NCBI GenBank assembly: GCA_003650815.1
Contig: QMSB01000002.1
Coordinates: 1-55,542, forward strand
From: Thermoprotei archaeon
GTDB lineage: Archaea; Thermoproteota; Thermoprotei; Thermofilales; B15-G2
Length of the DNA: 55,542 bases
Direction of reading: 5' to 3'
Shown one piece after another: positions 1-7,257 of this stretch. A program made the position numbers and the translations under genes. The notes below the pieces were generated by a model, which was given only the letters and a program-made list of their open reading frames with translations, did no database searches and was not told the origin of the DNA. Position 1 is the stretch's first letter; each line of letters starts with the position of its first letter.

Positions 1-1143
1 AACATACTCCCTACCACCTATCTTATAGTAGTAGAATGTGTCTCCTACTTGTAGAATAAAGTAGTAGGCTTCCCAAGGATACTTATCGAATATTTCTGGG
101 AAGAAGTAGTATGCGTCGCTTAAAGCACTAAAGCATATAGGCCTACTGTAATTCCAATCCATGTTTAAATGAGATGAAATAAATTTGGCTGCTTTAACAA
201 CACCACTATCAGAATAAAAGCCGTAATTAGAGCAATTACCAATAAGCCAAGCAACCTGAACACAAGGCTCAACCCCAATCCCATCAACTAAATCCAATGC
301 CCTAGACAAAACACTAACCCTATCCCTAACCCTAGCATCCCTATCAACCTGATCCAAAACAAGTAAAGCAAGCTTATTATCAGCATAAGGAGCAATTTTC
401 TCAACGAGCTCAGGATAATTTTCGTAAACTGAAACAAGCCAAGAATTACTTTCAACAATTTTCTTTGCTTCATTCAAGCTAAAGTATTTTGAGAGTATTT
501 CGAGAACTTTTTCTTCACTAGTTTTTTTGTAATTAAAGCTTTTTTCATAGCTAGCACTCTTACCCCATTTATCTATAGCGGTTAATTTGATTAAGATGTT
601 TCCTTCATTTACGTTGCTTAATGCTTTGAGTAAGTATTTTCCTTCACTAAGTTTAACTAGAGTATAGTTTGCTGGCTTACTGTTGATGAGTAGGGTGATA
701 TTGAGTAGTGAGTATTCCTGGATTAAAGCAGTTAAATTAAGTTTTCCTAGGTAGGTGTTGTAGTTGATGTTGGATATTTTGGGGGGTTGTGCGTAGAGTT
801 TTTTGAAGGTTGTAGTAGCGTTGTTTTGTGAGTAGTCTACTGCGGATACTGTTAGTTTGTAGTAGCCTTCTTGTTTGTTGTCGTATGGTAGGTTGATGGT
901 TTTTGTTCCGCTCCATTTTCCTTTATATAGTTTTATTATTGTTCCGTTAGGGTATTTGAAGTAAATTAATGTTTCTTTAACACCTTTATTATCTACTATA
1001 GTAATAGTAGCTTTACTGTCTACTATAGTTACTTTAATTGAAGGCTTACTAAAATCAAGTAAGAATACAGTAGATAGAATGGCTGTCAGCAAGATAACTG
1101 AAGTAAATATGAGTAGTTTTTGTCTGCTAGTTACTCTACCCAC
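1..1143 (-). CDS. hypothetical membrane-anchored extracellular protein (3'-partial, runs off window start)
   Basis: The frame is open from GTG at 1143 down to position 1 (381 codons). It is absent from the ORF track because there is no stop in the window. The N-terminus VGRVTSRQKLLIFTSVILLTAILSTVFLL looks like a signal-anchor helix. It is followed by beta-rich repeats (KATITIVDNKGVKETLIYFKYPNGT...). No catalytic motif was recognised. Confidence 0.5.
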   Translation of the reverse strand, partial: MGRVTSRQKLLIFTSVILLTAILSTVFLLDFSKPSIKVTIVDSKATITIVDNKGVKETLIYFKYPNGTIIKLYKGKWSGTKTINLPYDNKQEGYYKLTVSAVDYSQNNATTTFKKLYAQPPKISNINYNTYLGKLNLTALIQEYSLLNITLLINSKPANYTLVKLSEGKYLLKALSNVNEGNILIKLTAIDKWGKSASYEKSFNYKKTSEEKVLEILSKYFSLNEAKKIVESNSWLVSVYENYPELVEKIAPYADNKLALLVLDQVDRDARVRDRVSVLSRALDLVDGIGVEPCVQVAWLIGNCSNYGFYSDSGVVKAAKFISSHLNMDWNYSRPICFSALSDAYYFFPEIFDKYPWEAYYFILQVGDTFYYYKIGGREYV

Positions 1144-1313
1144 ATTTATAGTAAGGCTGAAAGAAATAAGTATTTATTTTAGGAGGTCTCTGGGCTTGTG
1201 TTGAGATCTAGCCTGATATTGCTTCTGGTTTTGTATTACAGTTTTGATTGTTTGGTGGGGGAAGTAGGCTAATATTTCTTGTGGAAGTGTTTTTAGGTGG
1301 AGGAGTGGGGTGT

Positions 1314-1484
1314 ATGAGGCATAGGTGGGTGTTTGTTTTGCTTGTGGCTTACTATGTTCCACTGTTGTTCTTCTTGTTTCTTCTTGTGGCGTGGGTTTTC
1401 TTGTCTCGTAATATTCTGATATTTATTGCGAGGGGGTTGATAGTGGGTGTTCCGCTTGTTTTTGTTGCAGTTAAGTTTCCTTGA
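1314..1484 (+). CDS. small predicted two-helix membrane protein (hypothetical)
   Basis: ATG 1314 is preceded by a GGTGGAGG SD-like motif. The product MRHRWVFVLLVAYYVPLLFFLFLLVAWVFL...GLIVGVPLVFVAV is almost entirely hydrophobic. Its stop directly abuts the next ORF start (1485). Confidence 0.35.
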   Translation: MRHRWVFVLLVAYYVPLLFFLFLLVAWVFLSRNILIFIARGLIVGVPLVFVAVKFP

Positions 1485-1808
1485 GTGTTTACTGCTGAAT
1501 TTATTGCGAGTGATCCTGAGCCGAGTGGTGTGCTTCAGCACAGTGTTTTTCCGTGTAAGGTTCTCTGCTATCAGGTTTTGGAGAAGTATGGTCCTTTTAA
1601 TCCGTCTCCGCTGCTGCCTTTAGTTAGGCGCCTTTATGTTGTGAAGAGAAGAGGTAATATCTATGTCTTGGTTGAGCTGCATGGATTCTTTAGTGTGTTG
1701 TTAGGGAGAAGGAAAGGAAGGTTAAGAGTGTTCTTGAGACAGTTTTTAGCTCGTGTAGAGTTGTTGAGTGCTGTGTGGGGACTCTTCGAGATAAGTTTAG
1801 GGAAGTGA
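1485..1808 (+). CDS. hypothetical protein (107 aa); contains the left copy of a 54-bp direct repeat
   Basis: ORF-track frame that is tightly packed with its neighbours. It shares the G+T-rich codon usage of the adjacent ATPase. No known motif was recognised. Confidence 0.3.
   Translation: MFTAEFIASDPEPSGVLQHSVFPCKVLCYQVLEKYGPFNPSPLLPLVRRLYVVKRRGNIYVLVELHGFFSVLLGRRKGRLRVFLRQFLARVELLSAVWGLFEISLGK
1572..1625 (+). repeat. left copy of an imperfect 54-bp direct repeat (47/54 identical to 4761..4814)
   Basis: Hand alignment of caggttttggagaagtatggtccttttaatccgtctccgctgctgcctttagtt against caggttttagggaagtatggtccccttaatccttctccgctgctgtcttcagtt. Confidence 0.7.
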
Positions 1809-2872
1809 AGCTTTTCCCCAAGGACTATGCTAAGAGAATGTTTTACTTCTACAAGATTCCTGGTCTCTCAGACTGTGTTGTGGTTGTCTCTAGGGATGGT
1901 ATAGGAGTGTACTATTTTAGTGAAGGATTTTTCCCGAGGCATATGTTTAATCTTAAGCTGAAGTACGAGTTCAGTGAAGTACTTTTCGGCGCTTTGCTTG
2001 AGAAAGTTTTTGAGGGTAGTTATCCGAGCCAGACGCCTGATTCTGCTAGCAGTGGAGGAGGAACGGTTATTGGTAATAAGATGATTGGAGACGTTGTTAC
2101 AGACGAGTGTATTTTCTTTAAGCCTAGGGGCCATGTTTTAATGGTTGGTAAGACTGGTTCGGGTAAGACTACTTTGCTCGCGAATCTCGTTGACTGCTAT
2201 AAGAAAATGGGGTTTAATGTTGTCGTACTCGATAGCTTTGGTGAGCTGGCTAGTTTGGGTAGGGAAGTTGTTGCTGGTGTAGATTTCTTTGTTAATCCGT
2301 TTGACTTTATGGAGCCTGAAGAAGTACTAGACGTAATTGAGAAGGCTAGTGTTCTTTTCCTCGGAGAGCGGGGAATGTTTTCCTATATGGTTAGAGACGT
2401 TATTGTAAAGGCTCTCAATAGGATTGAGGGGAGTGTTTCTCTTGGAAAGCTTATCGGCGAGCTAGAGGAAATGAGGAGTAGTGAGACTAGAGAAGACATT
2501 AAGAGCGGCTGTGATGCGGCTATAAGGAGACTGAGGCTTTTCAAACACCCCGTTTTTGAGAAGACTTCTCGTCCAGACATGAAGGGGATTTTTGTTATTA
2601 ATTTATCTAATATGAATTCTTCTGTGCGTTTCTTTTTCTCACATATATTGATGGAGCTTCTTTACCGTACGTGGGATCCACGGGAGCCACTGGTGCTGGC
2701 AGTCGATGAATTAATGCCTGTGGAATATGTTCGAGAAGACCGTGTACCCAGTATAGTTGAAGAAATCGCTAAATGCGCACGCAAACTAAACATTATTTTC
2801 ATACTAGGAAACCAGGAGTATAGAACACTGCCGCTAGCAGTTAGGAATATGCCGGAGCACTTTTTTATTTAG
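1775..2872 (+). CDS. HerA/FtsK-superfamily (DUF87-like) P-loop ATPase, N-terminal and core part; probably one frameshifted gene with 2901..3293
   Basis: Walker A motif MVGKTGSGKTTLLANLV followed by VVVLDSFGEL. Walker B-like motif LVLAVDELMP. The ORF stops at TAG 2870-2872, immediately after a T6-A-T3 tract. Confidence 0.65.
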   Translation: MGTLRDKFREVKLFPKDYAKRMFYFYKIPGLSDCVVVVSRDGIGVYYFSEGFFPRHMFNLKLKYEFSEVLFGALLEKVFEGSYPSQTPDSASSGGGTVIGNKMIGDVVTDECIFFKPRGHVLMVGKTGSGKTTLLANLVDCYKKMGFNVVVLDSFGELASLGREVVAGVDFFVNPFDFMEPEEVLDVIEKASVLFLGERGMFSYMVRDVIVKALNRIEGSVSLGKLIGELEEMRSSETREDIKSGCDAAIRRLRLFKHPVFEKTSRPDMKGIFVINLSNMNSSVRFFFSHILMELLYRTWDPREPLVLAVDELMPVEYVREDRVPSIVEEIAKCARKLNIIFILGNQEYRTLPLAVRNMPEHFFI

Positions 2873-2900
2873 GGCTATAGACGTCAAAGAGCTGGAGTAT

Positions 2901-3293
2901 TTGTCGAAGCTTATTTCAGGTATTACGGGAAGAAACTATCAGGATGTATATAGAGAGCTGAGCATGCTTCGTGAAGGAGAGTGCTACTATATAACTAAAA
3001 ACTATGCGACGAAAGTGAAGGTGAAGTATTATCCGTTGAAGTGTGTTGAAAGGAGGTCTGTAGTCGATGAGGAGAGACTTATAGCTGTGGCTCGTGAGCA
3101 TAGGGTTAGTGTTGAGAGACTTAGGCGCGTGCTGACGTTAGTTTCTAAAGAAGATTTTCTTGAAGCCTTAAAGAGGAAAGACTACAGGTGGTTAGCTAGG
3201 TATAATTTGGCTCATGTGTCTAGAGGAAAGCTGAGCAGACTCGGCGAAGCTACTGCAGCCTACTATTCTATAGACGTCTCTCAAGTAAGCTAG
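2901..3293 (+). CDS. C-terminal part of the HerA-like ATPase, lying in the +1 frame
   Basis: This frame is open from 2838. Read through the T-tract it gives ...EHFFFRAIDVKELEYLSKLISGITGRNYQDVYRELSMLREGECYYI.... That resembles the HerA-type C-terminal L..L..GEa motif. Confidence 0.5.
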   Translation: MSKLISGITGRNYQDVYRELSMLREGECYYITKNYATKVKVKYYPLKCVERRSVVDEERLIAVAREHRVSVERLRRVLTLVSKEDFLEALKRKDYRWLARYNLAHVSRGKLSRLGEATAAYYSIDVSQVS

Positions 3294-3530
3294 GTGTTTA
3301 GAGAAATTTTTCATGATAGTTAAGCTACTATTGTATGAAACCTTATTCCTAGCCGACTTCTCTCTATCACTAACCTCAAATTTACTACCTAAACTATCTC
3401 CATTAGTATCTTTATTAAAGGGGTCGGTATGATGCTTATTAACTTCAATCCGATCAGATAGCCCGTCTCCATCGCTATCCTTGTGCTTGTTCCAACAATT
3501 TAAGCATAATAGCCTAAAGGACCAGCGCAA
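3192..3530 (-). CDS. short ORF with DxDxDG calcium-binding (thrombospondin type 3-like) repeats; possibly a gene fragment
   Basis: Contains DSDGDGLSDRIEVNKHHTDPFNKDTNGDSL. It has a TTG start with a stop codon 4 codons upstream (12 nt before the TTG start). Its 3' end overlaps 2901..3293 by ~100 nt on the opposite strand. Confidence 0.3.
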   Translation of the reverse strand: MRWSFRLLCLNCWNKHKDSDGDGLSDRIEVNKHHTDPFNKDTNGDSLGSKFEVSDREKSARNKVSYNSSLTIMKNFSKHLAYLRDVYRIVGCSSFAESAQLSSRHMSQIIPS

Positions 3531-3825
3531 TAAGTCCGCTAATTAAGTAGCCTTCGGTAATGGCGAGACCGTGAGTAAAACGGAGCCTTTCTTATTTTTC
3601 AAATAAGAACTTAGAATTCTCCTCAGTTTTTCCTGATATTAGCTTGATGACGCTTTTCTCCAGCTTCTTAAGTAATCCTATGTATTAGGTTAGGAACAAG
3701 AAAGTATAAAGCTTAAACAATGGAACTATTAACAAATAATTAAATAGGCTACCTTAACGAATAGTCAGTTGAGTAACTGCAGTAAAATCACAACGCTTTT
3801 AAGCCAAAGGTTATCAGTTATACTT

Positions 3826-4026
3826 ATGAAAAAGATTACGATTGAAGTGCCTGAAGAAGTTAGTGAAGAAGAAATTAAGCTAGTTTGTCGGATTCTTGCT
3901 GCTCGAAGGGAGATTTTAAGAGATATTTTAGAGGAATATGGATTGCTAAAGCTGCAAGAAGAGTCGCTTAAAGAATTCCTAGAGTCTGAGCCAGAACTAT
4001 ATAGTGAAGAAGATGTCAAAAGGTGA
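3826..4026 (+). CDS. putative antitoxin partner of the MazF/PemK-like toxin
   Basis: A 66-aa acidic protein (MKKITIEVPEEVSEEEIKLV...) whose stop overlaps the toxin start by 14 nt, the typical type II TA arrangement. The family was not recognised. Confidence 0.45.
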   Translation: MKKITIEVPEEVSEEEIKLVCRILAARREILRDILEEYGLLKLQEESLKEFLESEPELYSEEDVKR

Positions 4027-4345
4027 CATAGTTCTAGTATACTTTCCTTTTACAGACCTTAAAGGCAGAAAACTTAGACCAGCACTAGTGCTCTACGAAG
4101 GTAAAAGAGACCTAGTTCTAGCATTCATCTCATCGAGACTCGAAAAATATGATCCTAAAACATCGGTAATCATAAGAAAGGAAGACCCAGGATTCGAGGA
4201 AACAGGGCTCAAAGTGTCGTCGATCATAAGGTTAGATAAAATAGCAACAATACACAAAAGCCTAATAGCAGGAAAAATAGGAACTCTTCCACAACACTTT
4301 AGAGAAAAAGTCAACAAGAAAATAAAAACTCTCCTTACAATCTAG
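4013..4345 (+). CDS. MazF/PemK-family toxin (type II toxin-antitoxin endoribonuclease-like)
   Basis: The N-terminal MSKGDIVLVYFPFTDLKGRKLRPALVL matches the PemK/MazF signature (GDIv.v.fp....g.k.RPalVl). Size is ~110 aa. A GTG at 4004 is an alternative start. Confidence 0.7.
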   Translation: MSKGDIVLVYFPFTDLKGRKLRPALVLYEGKRDLVLAFISSRLEKYDPKTSVIIRKEDPGFEETGLKVSSIIRLDKIATIHKSLIAGKIGTLPQHFREKVNKKIKTLLTI

Positions 4346-4461
4346 CTTAACATGCAATTCATTAAGATCAAGAGCCTTGGAAATACCTTGGAGTAGACTT
4401 AATTAATGGAGAAATAGCCTTGGTTAGGGACATTATCGGAGTTCTGTCAGTCAAAAATGAA

Positions 4462-4555
4462 CAACTTTTCTTAGGAGTATTTAAGAAAGTGCTATTAAAA
4501 CGATCGAAAACTCGCTTAACGAGACTTCAACTTTTCTTAGGAGTATTTAGGAAAG
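4462..4555 (+). repeat. CRISPR-like mini-array: two 28-nt direct repeats separated by a 38-nt unique spacer
   Basis: Repeat 1 is caacttttcttaggagtatttaagaaag (4462-4489). Repeat 2 is caacttttcttaggagtatttaggaaag (4528-4555). They differ at one position. Both end in GAAAG, as many crenarchaeal CRISPR repeats do. No third repeat and no cas genes are present in the window. Confidence 0.35.
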
Positions 4556-4760
4556 AAGGCTACAGCTGCTTACTCGGTAAAAGGCTGATGAAATCACTGA
4601 AGAGATAATAACATCAACAGTATAAGACACTAGAGGTCAACGCTTTACGAACACAAGCTCTCCCTACCAAAACTCAAGTTACATTAGTAAACAAAAATGG
4701 CGGGCAGTCTTAGTCGATTCAGCCAACACATATAACTTAATCCCTGATTCTCGATGCTGC

Positions 4761-4814
4761 CAGGTTTTAGGGAAGTATGGTCCCCTTAATCCTTCTCCGC
4801 TGCTGTCTTCAGTT
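4761..4814 (+). repeat. right copy of the imperfect 54-bp direct repeat
   Basis: See 1572..1625. Both copies read C(Y)QVL(E/G)KYGP(F/L)NPSPLL in the same + frame. Confidence 0.7.
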
Positions 4815-5740
4815 TTCTTAAATGCTGCTAGAGTACTAGTCTTTTTGTAGATTTCATTATAGCCTATTTCGAAGACTGTTAGTCCTGTCAGGAACATGAT
4901 TAATGAGGCTATAATGAAAGCTATGAAGTCTGAATCCGTAATGGTTATTGCAGCGAACAGTGTTTTTCGCCAAGCTATATAAGTCTATGTATACGGGAGA
5001 CAGCCATCACTAGTCCTCTAAGAGTAACCCGTCTGATGACTCCTAGACAGGCAATGAAGGGTCACCTGACCCCAAGCTAAAAGAGGGGTCTCCACGGCTT
5101 CTCTGCGACTAAACACTTTTCGTTAGTCAACTTCAGTCTGTTCACTATAATACGCACACCTTTACATGACTCTAAGAGCAGATAATCTATGAAAGGTGCT
5201 TTCTACAGCCTACGTATAATATCTCCACAAATTGACAGAAGTTTCAACAAGTAAATAACTTCACGGCAGTCAATAGATTCTGCATTACTGACTGGCATGA
5301 AAATCAGTAAACGTGTGGCAGTTGCCAAAGCACTCGAATGAATATGTGTAGTGCTTCATTGGATAAGTAGATAGAGATGGAGTCGAGAATGGTTGCTGTT
5401 TTAGCGATAATGGGGGTAGTTTTGTCAGCCTTTACTTTAGGACTAGTTTCTGCTTACTAGTGAAGGGCTTGGCTAGAATAAGAGAGAGATGGCAGGAGAC
5501 TTAGTAATGGCTATAGTGCTGACAATAGTTTTCAGCCATTTCCTTTATCTTCAGCTCACTGATGAACCCGGTAGATACGGAAGTAAAGCTAATAGATTTT
5601 AGTCAATAACGACAGCCTGCTAGTAGACTAGTTCTGAGAGTAAGACCTAAGGCAAGTGTTCTATTTGAAGCTACTTTAATTCACTGAATTTAATTTGCAA
5701 GAGGAAGCTTTATTAGTTTGTTTTGTATCGGGGGTGTAGT

Positions 5741-5917
5741 ATGGCGTATGTGGCGAAGACTCTGATGATAGGGAGGTGTAGGCGCTGCGGTAAGAAGGTT
5801 TACAAGGGTGATGACTACCTGTTTTGTGAGAACTGCAAGCTTATCCTGTGTATCGAGTGTAATAAGGAGGCTAGGGGCGTTTGTCCTGCTTGCCAGAGTG
5901 CACTTAAGTTAATGTAA
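5741..5917 (+). CDS. small zinc-ribbon protein (four CxxC motifs)
   Basis: MAYVAKTLMIGRCRRCGKKVYKGDDYLFCENCKLILCIECNKEARGVCPACQSAL contains CRRC, CENC, CIEC and CPAC. A TTG at 5723 is an alternative start. Confidence 0.5.
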   Translation: MAYVAKTLMIGRCRRCGKKVYKGDDYLFCENCKLILCIECNKEARGVCPACQSALKLM

Positions 5918-5920
5918 TTG

Positions 5921-6448
5921 ATGTCAAGTGCCGCAAAGTACTACAACATAATCTCTAGTGTATATGATGAGCTTTACGGCGGAGAGCAGAGGAGAAAATA
6001 CGAACTTTTATACCGCTTCCTAGGGAAAGGTCTTCTTCTAGACGCTGGCTGCGGTACAGGACTTTTATCAGAGTTTCTGGCGGAGAGAAAGCTGTGCTGT
6101 GAGTACATAGGCGTAGACGTGTCCATCGGAATGATACAAGTAGCTAGAAGAAAGGGGCGGCGAGGGAGCTTTATTGTCGGATGTGTTGAGTATCTACCAT
6201 TCAGACGCTGTGTCTTCGACTATGTGGTCGCAGTAACGCTTGTCCAGAACTTACTAGACATAGGAGTTTTCATTAAAGAAGCTGTAAGAGTTCTTAGGAA
6301 AGGTGGAGTGCTTATAGTAACTGTTTTACTCAAGAAAAGGGATCTAGTAAACGATGTCTTAGACGCGGCTTTTCATAACGGACTCAGATTGATGTGCTGT
6401 ATCTGGGCGCCGCGGTCAGCTGACGAAATTTTAGTGTTCGTAAAGTAG
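5921..6448 (+). CDS. class I SAM-dependent methyltransferase
   Basis: Motif I LLDAGCGTGLLSEFL, the acidic loop IGVDVS, and motif LRKGGVLIVT. Confidence 0.75.
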   Translation: MSSAAKYYNIISSVYDELYGGEQRRKYELLYRFLGKGLLLDAGCGTGLLSEFLAERKLCCEYIGVDVSIGMIQVARRKGRRGSFIVGCVEYLPFRRCVFDYVVAVTLVQNLLDIGVFIKEAVRVLRKGGVLIVTVLLKKRDLVNDVLDAAFHNGLRLMCCIWAPRSADEILVFVK

Positions 6449-6475
6449 TTAAACCACGAGGATAAATAGCAAGTG

Positions 6476-7243
6476 ATGGAAGGAGAACCTGAGGTTAATG
6501 TTTTTAAGCATGAAGAAGACTTCGTTAGTTTTCTCAAGTCTTCGATAGCTAGGGAAATGGCTATAGTTGTTCTTGGACTCTGTAGCGTTGACTACAGGGG
6601 TCGCGCTCAGTCTAGGCTCGGTGAGGGCATTCACGTGGTTCTAGTGAAGTCGGATGGTGCTGTTCTTGTACACGGACCGGAGGGCTACGAGCCAATAAAC
6701 TATCAGCCTAAGACAACGAGCTTAACCGTATTTAGAGATGGCGAAAAAATAGTATTAAGAGCTGTCAGAACCAGACCCTACGAGGAACTCAAGATAATTT
6801 TCACAAAAATCTACAGTGCTATAGCCTTTAAGACGCACTTTAGACCCGAGTTCATAATGTACGGCAGAGAAGAAGACTTGAGGAGAGCTGTCGTCAGAAA
6901 TCCTGCTCTAGTTGAAGAAGGGCTCAGAGTCGTTGAGATAGAGAGGAAAGTAAGGCCCGGTTTCATCGACTTGCTCTGCGTCGACAAAGAAGGGAAGCTT
7001 GTTGTAATAGAGTTTAAGAGAGAAGAAGCAGGTATTAGTGCTGTTAGACAGCTCTATGAGTATGTTAAGGCACTGAGCAGTGAGCTAGGGCGCCCTGTTA
7101 GGGGTATCTTGGCGGCACCTAGAATTTCTAGGGACGCTAGATCTCTTTTAACCACTTTAGGTCTCGAATATAGGCGTCTCGATTTGCGTAAGTGCATGAG
7201 ATACATGACTATTACCGGGCTGGAGAAGTTTATTAGGAAGTGA
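6476..7243 (+). CDS. nucS: endonuclease NucS (EndoMS), RecB-like nuclease fold
   Basis: The C-terminal GFIDLLCVDKEGKLVVIEFKREEAGISAVRQLYEYVKAL carries the D...E.K nuclease motif. The length and N-terminal half-barrel region are typical of NucS. Confidence 0.85.
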   Translation: MEGEPEVNVFKHEEDFVSFLKSSIAREMAIVVLGLCSVDYRGRAQSRLGEGIHVVLVKSDGAVLVHGPEGYEPINYQPKTTSLTVFRDGEKIVLRAVRTRPYEELKIIFTKIYSAIAFKTHFRPEFIMYGREEDLRRAVVRNPALVEEGLRVVEIERKVRPGFIDLLCVDKEGKLVVIEFKREEAGISAVRQLYEYVKALSSELGRPVRGILAAPRISRDARSLLTTLGLEYRRLDLRKCMRYMTITGLEKFIRK

Positions 7244-7257
7244 GATAAGACTATTAC

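Larger units (their letters stand above)
1572..4814. mobile_element. candidate degraded integrated element or accessory cassette delimited by the 54-bp direct repeats
   Basis: Direct repeats bracket ~3.1 kb that carries a HerA-like ATPase (frameshifted), a MazF-like TA pair and a CRISPR-like mini-array. Codon usage is atypical for the window. No integrase or tRNA target was seen. Confidence 0.3.

Noticed and set aside
288-1541. Track ORFs 288..473(-), 1174..1362(-) and 1293..1541(-).
   Set aside because: The first is only an internal Met-to-stop segment in a different frame from the long GTG-start ORF 1..1143. The other two lie antisense to the G+T-rich + strand genes and have low-complexity translations.
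2838-2905. Possibility that the ATPase split is a second BHB intron like the one in rps5.
   Set aside because: No helix-bulge-helix-bulge pairing can be drawn around the junction. The shift is +1 at a T-run, which fits an indel far better.
4420-4608. 62-aa ORF from the track (MVRDIIGVLSVKNEQLFLGVFKK...LQLFLGVFRKE...).
   Set aside because: Its internal peptide repeat is simply the translation of the two 28-nt DNA direct repeats. There is no start context or coding signature. It is treated as a repeat unit, not a gene.
4679-4897. 72-aa minus-strand ORF overlapping the right 54-bp direct repeat.
   Set aside because: It has no recognisable motif. It lies antisense to the frame-conserved repeat sequence and in decayed-looking DNA. 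Support for calling it a gene is insufficient.
5033-5069. C/D-box sRNA-like motifs (ctgatga ... ctga).
   Set aside because: The C and D boxes are only ~26 nt apart. There are no D'/C' boxes and no terminal stem. It is too short for an archaeal dual-guide C/D sRNA.
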